A stretch of 64,000 nucleotides of DNA, taken from assembly GCF_023055435.1 (NCBI RefSeq), contig NW_025963868.1, positions 22,754,001-22,818,000 of the forward strand, written 5' to 3'. The position numbers and the translations under genes are program-made. The notes under the pieces were generated by a model. The model saw only the letters and a list, made by a program, of their open reading frames with translations. It was not told the origin of the DNA and searched no databases. Below are positions 61,937 to 64,000 of this stretch, piece after piece. Position 1 is the first letter of the stretch. Each line of letters starts with the position of its first letter. The stretch comes from Haliotis rufescens. Its lineage: Eukaryota.

Positions 61937-64000
61937 GCATCGATCCATCGATTGGGATACCATGACATGCATCCACCAAGTCAGCGAGACGGGTGCATTG
62001 ATTCAGGAGATCAATATTTCCTTTTGTAAGATTTGCGTGATGTTATGCTGCATGGTTGTACGGCAATCAATGGATCTCCACGGTTGCATTGGTTATTTAA
62101 CACTGTAACATGCCATAAGTTTCCTTAAAGCCCCATCTGCGGTAGTAACTACCGCACTCTAGTGGGCGGAGCTTATACAAGTGATTTGACAGGTCAATAT
62201 GACGTCATGATAACACATACATTTCATTGGTTAATGCGTAAAGGGAGACGTCATGTAAACACCCACCCACGTGGGCCGTTTGACAACAAGGACGTAAGTT
62301 TTAATGGTAATATAAATATCTACCAAACGATTCCAAGACTTTTCAACAAACGCGTACATCTTTGAAGTTTGACGGTCAAATGTTGATCTCGTTCCCGTAT
62401 GGTTTTCAAAAAACGTCCCGACACTCGGTTGTGTTTACATTGTCAGTCGTTGCGAAACTGAACCACCGCCACTTTGCGGGCTATTTATAGTCAGGGTGGG
62501 GCTTTAAAAGTAGGGTTGGGTTGCACAGACCACTTTCGCCCCTTTCGGAAACACATTAAATGGCCTGGCCGGGCCCGTGTGCGAAATACGCATCAGTCGG
62601 AAAGGGCAATAAAATCTCCTAAGTAAGTAAGTAAGTTTAAGTAGTTTTATAGATTCTTAGATTGCATGCGAATTGTCGGGTCCCAGTTGGCAAAGGTAGC
62701 TTGTGCACAAGTGTATATCCTTGATTCAGGACGTTACTCGGAGGAAATACTGGACAACCAGTTGTTTGAAGGTGTACTTCTACGGATACGAGTCTTCTAT
62801 TCAGTAAGTACTTGTATATATGGTGTAACTGTCTTTAGGGTTCCTGTCGACCGCTGCCAACAAGGCATTTCAGCGTAGAAATGGTACGTCGAAGAGACTA
62901 ATCTCAACTCGTGAGAGGTTAATTTCACGAGGTTATAAGTCCAGGAGCGATGGGTTCTGAGACTGTTGTTCCTCATTACCTACATAAATAGAAATTCATG
63001 TACTTTCATGTGATTCTCTTTCACCCGAAACAGCCCCGAAAGCCTCGAATCATCTACGAAAATATCAAAATATTTTCTTCGAAACCATAAAGCAATGATT
63101 TGTCTAAATGAATAATTGCGTATGATATATTACACCTAATAACATGATGCATGAAATATAATTATGTGGCAAGGAATGATACATTCAAGTCAATAACACT
63201 GACCTGAAAAAGAATGCAAAAATATTTGGATAAATATTATTAAATAACGCCCGACGCTAACACCGTATTCGTTTCCAGTTGAGTTGATTGGTTCAACTGT
63301 GTCATATGGCCCTGTGACGCAGGGGTAGCATTATGCAGATGGATGTTACAATGAATGCTCGTTCCACCCGTGACGAACAGGTCTGGGCGTAGATTTTCGA
63401 AACGATCTTAGCTAAGATAAATCTTAACAACTTACGTTCAAAGATAAGATATCTTAAGGTTAAGATACGATAGATTTTCGAAACTATCGTAAACCTGTCG
63501 CAGATCGTTCAGAGTTACGATACCTGTCGTAACTCTGACAGAGAACTCATTTGTGTTAGAGATTGAAAAAGCGGGGTGTTTCCCAATGACGTCACGGGGA
63601 TTTCCCAGCTGCATATGCGTTCAGCATTTAACATGCGTGTTCAAGTCTGATGTTAAGTGATGTATACTGTTTATTTTTATGTTTATGTCAAAAGTCAAGT
63701 TTATATTAGTGTAAACACCAACATTTTACGTGGAAACACTCAAAACAAAAATTGTTCAGGAAGCAGCGCACCCACAAGCAAGTTTATATGACAATCTAAG
63801 CTTGTTAAGTTTGTTTTGTTACTTATGTATCCAATATATTTCACGAATAAACCAAGGACTTAAATACAATATCAAGCTATTAGTATTTAGATGATGAAAT
63901 TATTTTTTTATCTATCTAAATTAGATCCATAATTATTTTCAAAATCTAAAAGTGACACTAATTTTCGTTCGCAAAGAGAGATAATTTAGGAATTGTCAAG

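Overview
Eukaryotic, intron-rich, repeat-rich animal DNA. The repeat landscape looks molluscan, possibly abalone-like (inference). Four spliced housekeeping genes were reconstructed by hand from GT-AG boundaries and reading frame: NAA50 (minus; last exon lies outside the window), ATP6V1A (plus; 617 aa from the exon-2 ATG, or 621 aa with a candidate ATG-only first exon; one U12-type intron), EI24 (minus; 337 aa) and RPS25 (plus; 117 aa). The order is NAA50<- ->ATP6V1A-> <-EI24<- ->RPS25, i.e. two head-to-head pairs. Introns hold four SINE-like families sharing one 3' end, several MITE and Helitron/Helentron-like elements, and tandem arrays. Most notable: (1) a TSD-flanked SINE-like family with no tRNA/Pol III head, whose fixed 5' end can fold into a pseudoknotted three-way junction (candidate structured or self-cleaving RNA); (2) tandem arrays that multiply real splice sites (12 NAA50 acceptors, 18 EI24 donors); (3) sense-oriented SINE tails sitting in the branch-point position of five 3' splice sites; (4) CLEAR/E-box motifs at the ATP6V1A and EI24/RPS25 promoters; (5) an in-frame uORF in EI24. 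Most ORF-track entries are spurious translations of repeats.
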